Source: Gracilinanus agilis
Taxonomy: Eukaryota
Assembly (NCBI RefSeq): GCF_016433145.1
Contig: NC_058131.1
Coordinates: 285,242,513 to 285,306,512 of the forward strand
DNA: 64,000 bases
Reading direction: 5' to 3'
Shown: positions 26,554 through 37,650 of the stretch, piece by piece
How the letters are laid out: each line of letters opens with the position of its first letter
Numbering within the stretch: position 1 is the stretch's first letter
Notes under the pieces: model-generated
Databases searched by the model: none
What the model was told of the DNA's origin: nothing
Seen by the model: the letters and a program-made list of their open reading frames with translations, nothing else
Program-made: the position numbers and the translations under genes

Positions 26554-27315
26554 TTACTCTTCTGTCCCTGCCGGGGGGAATAAAGATTTGTCTTCCAAGG
26601 ATGAAGCTTGCACTTCCTCCTCAGCTTCCTCTGCCTCTTCTGCTTCCTCTGCCTCTTCTGCTTCCTCTGCCTCCTCCTCTGCCTTGTCTACTTCTTCTGC
26701 CTCCTCCTCTGCCTTGTCTACTTCTTCTGCCTTCTCTGCTTCTTTTGCCTCCTCTGCCTTCTCTACTTCTGCCTCCTCTTCTGCCTTCTCTACTTCTTCT
26801 GCCTCCTCCTCTGCCTCTTCTGCTGTCTCCTCTGCCTCCTCTTCTGTCTCCTCTACATCCTCTGCTGTCTCCTCTGCATCTTCTGCTGTCTCCTCTGTCT
26901 CTTCTGCTGTCTCCTCTGTCTCCTCTGTCTTCTCCTCTGCCTCTTCTGTATCCTCTGTCTTCTCTGCCTCCTCTTCTGTCTCCTCTGTTTTCTCCTCTGC
27001 CTCTTCTGCTGTCTCCTCTGCCTCCTCTCCCTCCTCTGTCTCCTCCTCTGTCTCCTCCTCTGTCTTCTCTGCCTCTTCTGCTGTCTCCTCTGTCTCCTCT
27101 GTCTTCTCCTCTGCAGTCTCCTCTGTCTCCTCCCCTGCCTCCTCTGCTTCTTCCCTTGCCCCCTTTCCCTCTGGCTGCTCTTCTGTGGCCACTTCTGCCA
27201 ATTCTAGTCGTATGGGAGAGGCAGAAAAGATTACTTTCTTCCCCTTACTCTTTTTTCTTGTGGTCAAGGAGATAGCAGGCAGTTTGAACCGACTCAGGGA
27301 GTCTGGAAAGGAAAT
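26554..27315 (-). CDS. CFAP157: CFAP157 copy 1 exon 9 with long acidic Glu/Ala/Thr tail
   Basis: ttctgttttcag acceptor, phase 0; ISFPDSLSRFKLPAISL...(EEA/EET repeats)...PPAGTEE-TAA, 253 aa. Confidence 0.8.
   Translation of the reverse strand: MSFPDSLSRFKLPAISLTTRKKSKGKKVIFSASPIRLELAEVATEEQPEGKGAREEAEEAGEETEETAEEKTEETEETAEEAEKTEEETEEETEEGEEAEETAEEAEEKTEETEEEAEKTEDTEEAEEKTEETEETAEETEETAEDAEETAEDVEETEEEAEETAEEAEEEAEEVEKAEEEAEVEKAEEAKEAEKAEEVDKAEEEAEEVDKAEEEAEEAEEAEEAEEAEEAEEEVQASSLEDKSLFPPAGTEE
26579..26584 (+). terminator. Probable PTRH1 poly(A) signal, lying antisense within the last codons of CFAP157 copy 1
   Basis: First AATAAA seen after the PTRH1 stop. Confidence 0.6.
26614..27153 (-). 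repeat. Degenerate triplet-periodic coding repeat (GAG/GAA/GCA/ACA), polypurine on the - strand
   Basis: ~540 nt of EEA/EET/TAEE/VDKA units; the + strand is almost all C/T. Confidence 0.95.
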
Positions 27316-27429
27316 CTGAAAACAGAAAATTCAGAGAAATTCATCTGAATTATCTTCTATTTTATTCCATCCTTTTCTTCCCCACCCCCTGAAGGCTCCC
27401 ACCCCCAATACTTCAGGGGCAGCGGATAC

Positions 27430-27580
27430 CTTATAGTTTCTGAGACGAGTGGTTTTGGATAGCAATTGGATATCTTTTGGGTTGAAGGGAGTGTGGGATG
27501 GCTGGAACATTGCGCTTATGCTCGACAGCTTGTATGGCATGTTGACGGTCATCCGCTTGTGGGGCTTGAAGCCCTTGCAT
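27430..27580 (-). CDS. CFAP157: CFAP157 copy 1 exon 8
   Basis: ccttttcag/gtatcc; CKGFKPHKRMTVNMPYKLSSISAMFQPSHTPFNPKDIQLLSKTTRLRNYK (cf. human IPPNPQDLRLLSYITR). Confidence 0.85.
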
Positions 27581-27978
27581 CTGAAAAGGCAATAAGTCAG
27601 GCCCATGGAGTCCAGAGAAAAAAGAGACGATGCAGCAGTGACGACCCCTACCCCCACCCACCCTTTTGTGGACAGTGAAGAATCCCTTTCCTGAAGGCTT
27701 CCACTCCATCCCCACGGGATCTCCTTGTTAGGCAGTGTGGTGTAAGAGCTTTAGCACTGGACTTGAAGTCAGGTTACTAACCCGGGACATTTACTAGATG
27801 CGTGACCATGGGCTAGTCACTCAATCTTTTAGGGGCTCAATTTCCTCATCTGTAAAATGGGAGTAATAATAGACCCCCACCACCACCACCACTAAATTTT
27901 GGGAAGAGCACAAAGGCAAACCTCATCGTACTACACCAATGTGAATTATTATTAATAATACTATTAGCCACTGCTCAC

Positions 27979-28154
27979 CTCGCCTGCACTGTATTGGAAG
28001 GGTGAGTTCTTTGTCGGGCTCCCATGAACTCAGTCAGATGTGGCCCCAGGACCACAGCGTGACTCAGCAAGGACATTAGCTGTTGCAGCAACTCCTTCTG
28101 CTCCATCTGGAAGATCACATCAAACTGGCCTTCCACAGTGGGCTTGGGTTGCAT
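27979..28154 (-). CDS. CFAP157: CFAP157 copy 1 exon 7
   Basis: ttcccctag/gtgagc; MQPKPTVEGQFDVIFQMEQKELLQQLMSLLSHAV...NTVQA. Confidence 0.88.
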
Positions 28155-28892
28155 CTAGGGGAAGGCAAGTGGAAGGTGTGTGTAAGGAATCTGCAGTCCA
28201 CAGTGCAAGGTACACACATGCACACACCCCTTCTTTTTTAAGATGAACTTATTGTACATCAACAAACATGAACCATTGTGCTATTTCCAGGAAATGAATG
28301 TAAAATGAGGCTATATGCAAAGTGGGGTCTTGCCTATGTAAGGGCTTGCGTCCATAGCCTGTATGCCCTAGCCCCTGCTCTCTGTGCCTATCTGTAGCAT
28401 AGGAGCTGATGTATTAGAAGCTGCTGCGTTAGTGCTTTGCCAAAAACAAAAAAGCACCTCCTTTTTATTACAATGAACTCATTGCACATCCTTACAAACA
28501 TGGACATTTCCCAATAGGGAGAACAGAAAAAGAGGACTGCATGGGACACCACAGATCTCCAATATGAAAAAAAATTTACAGATTTAACATGCTCCAACCT
28601 TGCCCTAATTGCCCAAAGTTCCCTTCTGAATTTCCTTCCACTCTTGAATTTTTTTTAGATGTTCCATTGATACTCTTTTCTTTTTAGGGGGCAGAAAAGC
28701 GTATCATTACTAAAGGCCTCTCTAAATAAAAGCCTTCCCTCTGCAAGCTATCTTGTTCTGCACCTATAGTCTACTGACCATGAACCCAATTAAAATGTAA
28801 CTAGGAAACATTTAATAAAATAAAAATATAGCACAATATAGATAATGCTAATTTGTGGTTTTCTAGGTCACTATGTGGCCAGCAGTGTTCTA

Positions 28893-29095
28893 TTTTTTTT
28901 TTAAACGCTTATCTTCCATCTTAGAATCAGTACTATACATTGATCCCAAGGCAGAAGAACAGTAAGGGCTAGGCAATGGGGGTTAAGTGACTTGTCCAGG
29001 GTCACTCAACTAGGAATTATCTGAGATTACATTTGAATCCAGAACCTCCTGTCTCTAGGCCTGGCTCTCAATCCACTGAGCCAGCCAGCTGCCCC
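28893..29095 (-). mobile_element. SINE1_Mdo-like SINE
   Basis: Reverse-oriented full-length copy; another follows at ~29190-29405. Confidence 0.75.
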
Positions 29096-29476
29096 TGAGG
29101 GATCTATTTCTATTTGAATTTGATATCATTCCTAGTTTATCACCTCTCTGCCCATACACAGAAAACAGGAGTTTATCAATTGTTCTCTCTCTTTTTCTTT
29201 TCTTCTTTTTTTTAACCCTTGCCTTCTATCTTAGAATCAATACTGTGTGTGGGCTCCAAGGCAAAAGAGCAGTAAGGGCTAGGCAGTGGGGGGTTAAGTG
29301 ACTTGCCCAGGATCACATGGCTAGGAAGTATCTGAGGTCAGATTTGAATGCAGAACCTTTCTTCTTCAGTCCTGGCTTTCTATCCACTGAGCCACTCAGC
29401 TGTTCTCAGTAGAAGAACACCTGTTGGGGCCATCAGCCTATGGCCAGGGTCACTGTCCCTTGCAGGGAAGCCTCAC

Positions 29477-29627
29477 CTTCAACAAATCCCGGAGTAGGAA
29501 TGTAGCTTGGTCCAGCACCTGCTCTACCTTCTCACTTCGTGTCTTCTCATTTTCCAGCTGCGCTGCTAGTCTCTTTCCATCTGCCTGGTAGAACCTGAGC
29601 TCTTTCTTTAGCTGCTCCAAATCGTAC
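29477..29627 (-). CDS. CFAP157: CFAP157 copy 1 exon 6
   Basis: ctcctcag/gtgagg; YDLEQLKKELRFYQADGKRLAAQLENEKTRSEKVEQVLDQATFLLRDLLK. Confidence 0.9.
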
Positions 29628-30221
29628 CTGAGGAGAGGCAGACAGGGAATCATGGGGTTCCCCCAAATCTAGAAGTAAAGAAGGGAGGACTAGGGCAGGA
29701 CTGTCTTGTCTTAGAATTGCTTATTCACCTCTAAGAACCAGACAGGCCTTTTCTTTATAAAATCTCTTATTTAAGAGAAGAACCTCAAGAAGCCATTTGG
29801 TCCCAGCTATTATCTCCATTTTATAGATACAGCTTTCTGGCTTCTGTCTCTGATTTAAATTTATTAAATATGTATTAGACAAGGGCAGCTAAGTGGCTCA
29901 GTGGATTGAGAGTCAGGCCTAGAGACGGGAGGTCCTAGGTTCAAATCTGGCCTCAGATACTTCCTAGCTGTGTTACCCTGTGCAAGTCAATTGACTCCAA
30001 TAGCCCAGCCCTTACTGCTCTTATGTTTTGGAGCCAATGCACAGTTTAATCCTAAAATGGAAACAAAGGATTTCAAAGTGAACAGCTTTCCATGGTAAAT
30101 TGAAGAATCATTGCTTGATCAGTACTTGGATGGGCAGAGCTGGGACTATGGCTTCATACCCTAATGTGCCTGTCTGGTTTGACTTTTCAGTTGGCCATGC
30201 CTCTTCTCAGCGATAGCCTAC

Positions 30222-30352
30222 CTCAGGTCATGGTTGTCCTGCTGTAGTTGCTGGAAGGCCACCTCTAACTGCTCCAGGACGGCTTTTATCTTTTCAGATT
30301 CTGCCATCCTTTGCTGCTGTTGCTCACACTTTTCAGCCAGAAACCATATCAG
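30222..30352 (-). CDS. CFAP157: CFAP157 copy 1 exon 5
   Basis: catcctag/gtaggc; LIWFLAEKCEQQQQRMAESEKIKAVLEQLEVAFQQLQQDNHDL. Confidence 0.9.
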
Positions 30353-31350
30353 CTAGGATGATAATAACAATATCTAGCATTTCCACAGTGCTTTAGGGTT
30401 GACTTAGCACTTTAGATCTACATTGAAGACACATAAATATGAGAAAACTGAGGCAAAGGTTAAGTGACTCGCCTTTGGTTAGTTATATAGCTAGTAAATA
30501 TTTGAGGCTTGATTAGAACTTGTCTTCCTGACTCTAATCCAACGTCCTATCCACTGAGACACCTGGTTGCTTACATGGGTGGAGGAAAGAAGATGTGATG
30601 ATGGGCTTTATGGGTGAAAAAAAGCCAGGAGAAGAGTTGATGATGGGCTTTATGGGTAACAGACAAGCCAAAGGCTGCTACTCTTCCCCCACAGGTTCCT
30701 GCAGGCCACCCCATTCCTACTCTCCTCCTCCAGGCCCTAGGTGTTTCTCCTGGGAGGTTTGCTGCTATGGGGAAGTCACACAGTATGTCTTACTTCCCTC
30801 TCCTGTTATTTTTATTCAAGTGAATTACCAGTACTCTGCCTAGAATGCTCCAGAAGGAAGGATTGAAAGGAAAGGAAGGCACCTGGGAGAAGAATGCAGA
30901 AGTGGGTAACAAAGGGTGGGATAGCACTGCCTCTTTCTAAGTCTGCCTGGCCCACCAAACACAAGTTGATGCCTGTCCCCAAGCCTTTATTAGATAACTC
31001 CTCCACTCCCTTTAGCCTAGGGCACAGAGAAAACCATCAAGCCAGATACATTTAGAATTGTAAAAGCCTAGAAAAATCTAAGAAAAAAACATGTGAAATT
31101 CTTCCCCCTCTCCATTTTCAGAAGAACTAAGCCATGGAGGGGAGGGGAAGAAGAGGAAGAATGTTTATTTATCCCCCCCAAAAAAATATTTCCACTCCCT
31201 GTCCTCTCCCCTTCCCCCCCCCCAATCTCCCCATTTCTAGAAGGGATGAATTCAGATCTGTGGTGGTCTCCCCTGGGAAAGGCAAGGGCATTGGGATCCC
31301 TAGCTCCCAGGCCCCCCAGGCAGAGCAGCCTCGGGTGGGCCAGATGTTAC

Positions 31351-31618
31351 CTTGAGTCGATTCAGCCTAACAGCAGACATAATCTTTTTGTTGTCCTCCA
31401 ACAAGTCCAGCTGTTTGCTCATCTCCTTGGTGTCCATTCTCAGCTCCTCATTCTCATTGCAGAGCTGTAGGGTTTGGTCAGACATCTCAGCCAGCTCTGT
31501 GGTCACTGCCACATTCTCCTGGATTACTTTCTTGGTTGTCTCAGCTATCTGGAGAGCGGACACCTTGCGAAACTCCATTGCCACCTTGTTCACTCGATGG
31601 GTTATTTCCTTTTTCATT
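31351..31618 (-). CDS. CFAP157: CFAP157 copy 1 exon 4
   Basis: accccag/gtaaca, 268 nt; MKKEITHRVNKVAMEFRKV...ETTKKVIQEN...KQLDLLEDN. Confidence 0.93.
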
Positions 31619-32042
31619 CTGGGGTTTGGGGGGGAAGCCTCCTAGGGTTCAGAGTCCTAGATCTCCCCAGTGGGCAGTTTCCAATCCCCTCCCTCTCCCA
31701 AACCACATTCCCTGATCTCGGGACTTGTATTCTGATCCCTGAGTGCTTTGCTTTATAATTGGACATGGGATGATGGAATCCTAGATCAGCAGAGCTGGAA
31801 GGGATCAAAGAGAGTTAGTCCCACCCCCTCCTTTTTTACAGAGAGAATTTGAGGTCAAGGGAGGGGATTTGACTTGCCCAATGTCAAACAGCTAATAAAG
31901 GGAAACTAGATCACTCAGATAGACTTGCTAGACCTTAGGACTGAGTGAGAGAATCTAGGCTCTTATAGATCCCCAGGAGACCCCTAGATTCCTTCCATCC
32001 CTTGGAGACTTGGGGAGGGGCTGGGTGTTAAGGAGCTCAGAC

Positions 32043-32196
32043 CTGTCTTTGTCTAACACAGAATCCTTCTCCAGGGCGTAAATCCAATTTTTGTAATCCT
32101 CCTGTTCCTTCTTGAGTTGTCCTTCCAGCACGGTAAACTTGGCCATGAGGTCTTCCTTCTGGATCCGGTAATCATCTAGGGCAGTCAGCCTCATCC
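32043..32196 (-). CDS. CFAP157: CFAP157 copy 1 exon 3
   Basis: ctggacag/gtctga, 154 nt; MRLTALDDYRIQKEDLMAKFTVLEGQLKK...EKDSVLDKD. Confidence 0.93.
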
Positions 32197-35100
32197 CTGT
32201 CCAGAGGAGTCCTAGTGAGTCAGCAGGCCCCCCAACACCCCTAAAGGACTTCAAATAGGCCTGAGGGTGGCATGAGAGAGGTTTGTGAAGAGTTCTTCCC
32301 TTAGCCACATGTTCCTAAGGCAATTTGTTTTTTCACTTCACTTCTTGAACCACTCCCCTCAAGCTCTTTTGCGACAGGTATCTTATGGGTCCAAGCTTAT
32401 TTCCCACAGCTCTACTGTTTGCATCCTCTCTGTTGCAGGGTCATCATCCTCGTTCTTAATAACTTACATTTGTGGTGCACTTCAAGGGTTACAAAGTGCT
32501 TTGCCCACAAGGATCTTGTAGCATAGATCTTTTTTTTAAAAAACCTTCCCTTCTGAATTAGGATCAATACTGTGTGTTGGTTGGAAGGCAGAAGAGCGGT
32601 AAAGGCTAGGCAATGGAGGTTAAGTGGCTTGTCCACGGTCACATTGTGGGAAAACATCTTTGTCTGATTTGAACCCAGGACCTCCTTTCTCTAAGCCTGT
32701 CTCTCCGTCCACCAAGCCTCCTAGTTGCCCTATTGTATGTCATTTAAGTAATATCATCCCAATTTTGTCAGTAAGGAAATTAACAGATCAAGAATTCAAG
32801 TGAGTTATCCATGGACACAGCTAGTGTCAGACAATATTTAAAGTTGGGTATACTGAGTTCACATCCAAGGCGATTTCCTCTAATATGGCTGCCTGTCCAT
32901 GCTGTTCCTCACAAGATACCTTTGCTCATGCTGAGCCCTCCTCCTGGATCATTCTCCTTCCTTCCATTTATTTCAATTTTACTCATTTTTTTTAAAGACC
33001 CGCCTTTTCAAATCCTACCTCTTCCTACCCTGTTTGTTTCATTCAACACTGATGTCTCCCTTGTAAGAAATCAGAGAACATTTGTGGAAGCAAAATGATG
33101 TGTGGAAGCACAAAGTAAAGATGATTATTTTACAAACAGACCATAACTGAGCTGTCCAAATGAGTGAAATCCTGCCCCACCCCCTTCAAAATGATCCCTT
33201 TGGGAGCCTGGCATTGATTCCAAAGATTCTGTCATTGCTCAAGGCCATTTTAGGAGCTTCTCTTTGGGAATAACCTTCACATCCTCTGTCCCCTTCTCTT
33301 TAAATAACCTCAATGAAGGCATCTCTTCATCCTTTCAACAAATAAATCAATTAGCATTGGTTAAGTCCCCTCTACATTCAAGATGAGTGGCACCCCAGCA
33401 TGGAGGATAGAGGGCCAGCCATGGAGCTCTGAGCTCAAGTCCTGTCTCTGACTCCATGCTAGGTGTGTGACAGTGAGTAGGTCAGTGTTCCCAGGCAGCT
33501 CTCTAACATTGAAAAGTTACAATTAAGTTGTAGGCAGAGGGAGTTTCCATACAAGGAGTTCATTCAGTGCCAGTGCCATCTTCTACATGAAGTCTTTTTC
33601 CATCTCAGCTATTCATATCCTCCCAAAACTATCATGTGGTTCTTTTGTATGTATTCTGTATTATATATGTACATGCCAGCTCCCCCATTAGAATGGAAGC
33701 TCCTTGAAGGCCTAGACTATCTATTTTCTGTCTTTATAGGGAAATTATAACTAAATTAGGTGAACACAGAATAGTATACCTGTCAGATCTATGGGAAGGG
33801 AAGGAATTTAAGACCAAGCAAGAGAAAGAGAACATTACAAAATGTAAAATGAGTGATTTTGATTATATTAAATTAAAAAGGGTTTGTACAAACAAAACCA
33901 ATGCAACTAAAATGAGAATAAAAGCAACAAACTGGGATAACAAAATTCTCTGACAAAGGTTTAATTTCCCAAAAATATATTTTATGTCTTTATATCTCCA
34001 GTGCCTGGCACGAATTAAGTATTTAATATCTCCAGTGCCTGGCACGAAGTAGGTATTTAATGTTTCTTTTTTTCATTTTAAATTTCATTTTTTATTTTTT
34101 CCCATGGTTACATGATTCATGTTGTCTCCCTCTCCTCTTCCCTCCCTATTCCCAGAGTTGACAAGCAATTCCACTGGGCTATATATATATTATCGCTCAA
34201 AATCTGTTTCCATATTATTCTAATAAATGTTTCTTGATAGATTGTCCCCTTGCTAGGTCTGTCTCCTCCACTTCAAGAAAGAAGTAATGACAAGAAAAAA
34301 GGCATGAATCTTGGGAACTAGAAAGCAAAAATTAAAGTCATCATGGTTCCTGGCCTCAAAGAACCAGCTGCCTGATAGAGCAAGTTACACAAAGACAAAA
34401 TGAAGTTGATAAGGACAGGAGAGATAGACAAATTACCATGGGAAATTTTGAAGAGAGTTCACCTCTGTCTAATAATAACTGATGATTTCTTAGCACTTTA
34501 CACACATTATTTCATTTGAGATTCACACCAAATCCTGTGGAGAAGGAACTAATCCATTAGACCCATTTCAGAGTCGAGGAAGCTGAGGCTCAGAGAGACT
34601 AAGTGGTTTTCCTAAAGTTACATGACTAGTAAGTGTCAGAGGTAGGATTTGAACCTAGGTCTTCCTGACTCCAAATTCCACCACTCTATTCACTCTTTCT
34701 TTATAAATTACTCTTCACCTGACACCAAGTTTGTTTTGTTTTGTTTTTTACTGAAATGACCACGTCTGTAGCTAGAAGAATAAAAGAATACCATATTCTG
34801 CTTCTACTTTCTTGATTCTTTAGCAGAAGGGGAACACAACAAGCTTCCTTGGATGATAGGTTTGATTTTTGGAATCACCCACAAGTCATTCCTAGCCAAG
34901 TCTGATGATGAGTGTGGGCGACTGGGCTGGATCACAAATGGGGTGCGACTCAAATCATTAAAGCTTATTTTCTGACTCATAAAGTGACTCTTGATGGCAG
35001 TTCCCAAACAGGATTCCAGAAATGTTTTGAGCAAAGGCTGCCTCTTTGGAAGATCTATAGGTCTGATCATACAGTCCTTAATTGAAAGGCCTTCAGTGAC

Positions 35101-35402
35101 TACCCACTGCCTAATAAATCTGTCATCTGACTGAATTCAAAGCCTAACATCCTCCCTTTCTAGTCCTAATTCATACTCCCTCCCTTCATAGAGCTTACAA
35201 CTCTAGCCCAAGTGGACAGTTGTTGGCCTCTGGACATGTCCTACATTTCTATCTTCATTCATCTTTCTCCCTCTACTTAGTATAGCTTCACCCAACCCCA
35301 TTTTCACCTTGTTGACATCTTAACCTCTTTTCAAAGTTCTGTCAGATGCCACTTCAGTGAAACTACCTCACCCTTCCCAGATGGAAGTGCCTTTTCTTTC
35401 AT

Positions 35403-35615
35403 TTGTTGTTGTTTTTTTTTTTAACTCTTACTTTCCATCTTAGAATAAATACTAGGTATTGGTTCCAAGGTAGAAGAGTGGTAAGGGCTAGGCAATGGGG
35501 GTTAAGTGACTTGCCCAGGATCACATGGCTAGGAAGTATCTGAGGTCAGATTTTAACCTGGTACCTCCTGGCTCTAGGCCTGGCTCTCAATCCACTGAGC
35601 CACCCAGCTGCCCCC
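35403..35615 (-). mobile_element. SINE1_Mdo-like SINE
   Basis: Reverse-oriented full-length copy; further copies near 40190, 44760, 45725, 48830, 53735, 54400 and 61880. Confidence 0.75.
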
Positions 35616-35860
35616 TTTCATCTGCTTTTAGAGTTCCGCATTTGTCTTAACAACTCTGCTAGCTCTGGGAAGGAAAGAAGGTATTCTCTTGGACATCTGG
35701 GTTCTGGTCAGATTGTTAAATAATCAGTCTCATTTTCTTCTAGGCACCTTGCCTAGTCAACACAGTACGACTCCATCATATCTCCCCCACAGACTATAAG
35801 CTCACCAAAGGTAGGCACTGACACTATCTCTTCTTCCTGTGTCCTCCAGAGTGTAGCCTA

Positions 35861-36265
<405 letters not shown>

Positions 36266-37349
36266 CTAGCTAAGAAAAGGCCTGGGAGTCTGAGACATTG
36301 AGCAAAAAATCTAAGGGCTGGAACCACCACTATTGTTTCCTCCTTTCTGGAGAAAACTGCAAAATAGCTCCCTCTGAGTCCTGCTTTAGGGCCATTCAAA
36401 ATCTCTGATGATTAATTACAAAACAGATACCATCAGTGGGTGGGAGTGCTTCAGGTACCTTTTTTAGAATCCAATTTGGAAAGAATTGAGCTAGATTGGA
36501 TTATATGGTGGTATTTGAAGACAACACCAAGGAGTCTATCCTTTCCCAGAATATCTGGCCTTTAAATGATGCTCAAGAGTCCCATTTAGCTCTTTGGGTT
36601 AAGCATTTTCTCTTTCTCCCCATCCCTTGGAAAATGCAGATCCCTCACTGGAGGGCTAACACAACAAGCCCCATTCCTTCCATGTGAATGAGCTTTGCAG
36701 AAAGCTGGGCTCACTCAGTCAGCCGAGGAAGAGGAGTTAGAGGTGCTGAGGGGGCAGGAGAGGGCCCAGAAAGAGGAGTGAGTAACTCTGGAAGTCAGAC
36801 TGCCAGTTTCCCACTATAGTCCAGAGCCGTCCCAAGGGTCAAGCACAGTGACTGTGCAGCCCCTGGACTCCAGCTTCCTGGTACTCAGATCTGGTTTGTT
36901 CTTCGGGTTCCATCTATTCCAGCCCCTTCAATTTTTTTTTTTTTATACCCTTACCTTCTGTCCTAATATCAGTTCTAAGACAGAAAAATAGCAATGGCTG
37001 GATAGTCAAAGTTAAGTGACTTGCCCAGGGTCGTACAACTAAGAAGTGTCAAAAAGCAGATTTGAACCCAGGTCCGCTGGACTCCAGGCCTGGCACTCTA
37101 TCCACTGTGCCCCCTACCTGCTTCTGACTTCTCATTTTTACAGATGGGGAAGCTGATGCCCAGAGAGGGGGAAGGACTTGCTCAAGGTCACACAGTTAAC
37201 TGGAGGCCCCTGGAAGGGACCTGTAGGGGCCAGAGGCCCTGCTCCCAGCGGCCTAGCCCCTCTTGTCCCCACCCCCTACCCCACCCCATCGCCCCAAACA
37301 TGGTGGGGAACCCTGGCTAGCTGTGGTCTGGGCCTCTCGGCTCACTGAC

Positions 37350-37498
37350 AGAAGGATCCGCTTCTCCAGGTCTTCAATCTGGATTTGATAAAACTTGCGG
37401 ATCTCCTCCGTGATGACCTCTTCTGCAGGATTAGGCGATGGTTCCCCCTTCTTGCCTTTCTTTTTCCCCCCTTCCGCACTTTCTTTTTTGGGCCCCAT
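37350..37498 (-). CDS. CFAP157: CFAP157 copy 1 exon 1
   Basis: gccATGG start in CpG-rich DNA; MGPKKESAEGGKKKGKK...RKFYQIQIEDLEKRIL; gtcagt donor gives the required phase 2. Confidence 0.9.
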
Positions 37499-37544
37499 GG
37501 CAGCGAGGGCAGCTGAGGCTTGGGCGGCTGCGGCGGTGGCCACT

Positions 37545-37650
37545 GGCCCTTTAAAAGGCCAAGCCGTTGCTAAGGAAGCTGTTCCTTCTCCCCACCGGAG
37601 TCCGGTACATAGCAACGGATGGACGCAGGGAGGGAGATGGACTTAAAGGA
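37545..37650 (-). promoter_or_regulatory. CFAP157 copy 1 proximal promoter with two RFX X-box-like motifs
   Basis: GTTGCTAAGGAAG (37566-37578) and GTACATAGCAAC (37606-37617), both conserved in the copy 2 promoter. Confidence 0.65.

Noticed and set aside
26538-27319. Three long + strand ORFs (245, 243 and 199 aa; Leu/Pro-, Ser/Ala- and Leu/Cys/Phe-rich)
   Set aside because: They are antisense shadows of the pyrimidine-rich repeat, which can hardly form stop codons on that strand. Only the - strand frame connects to a spliced gene.
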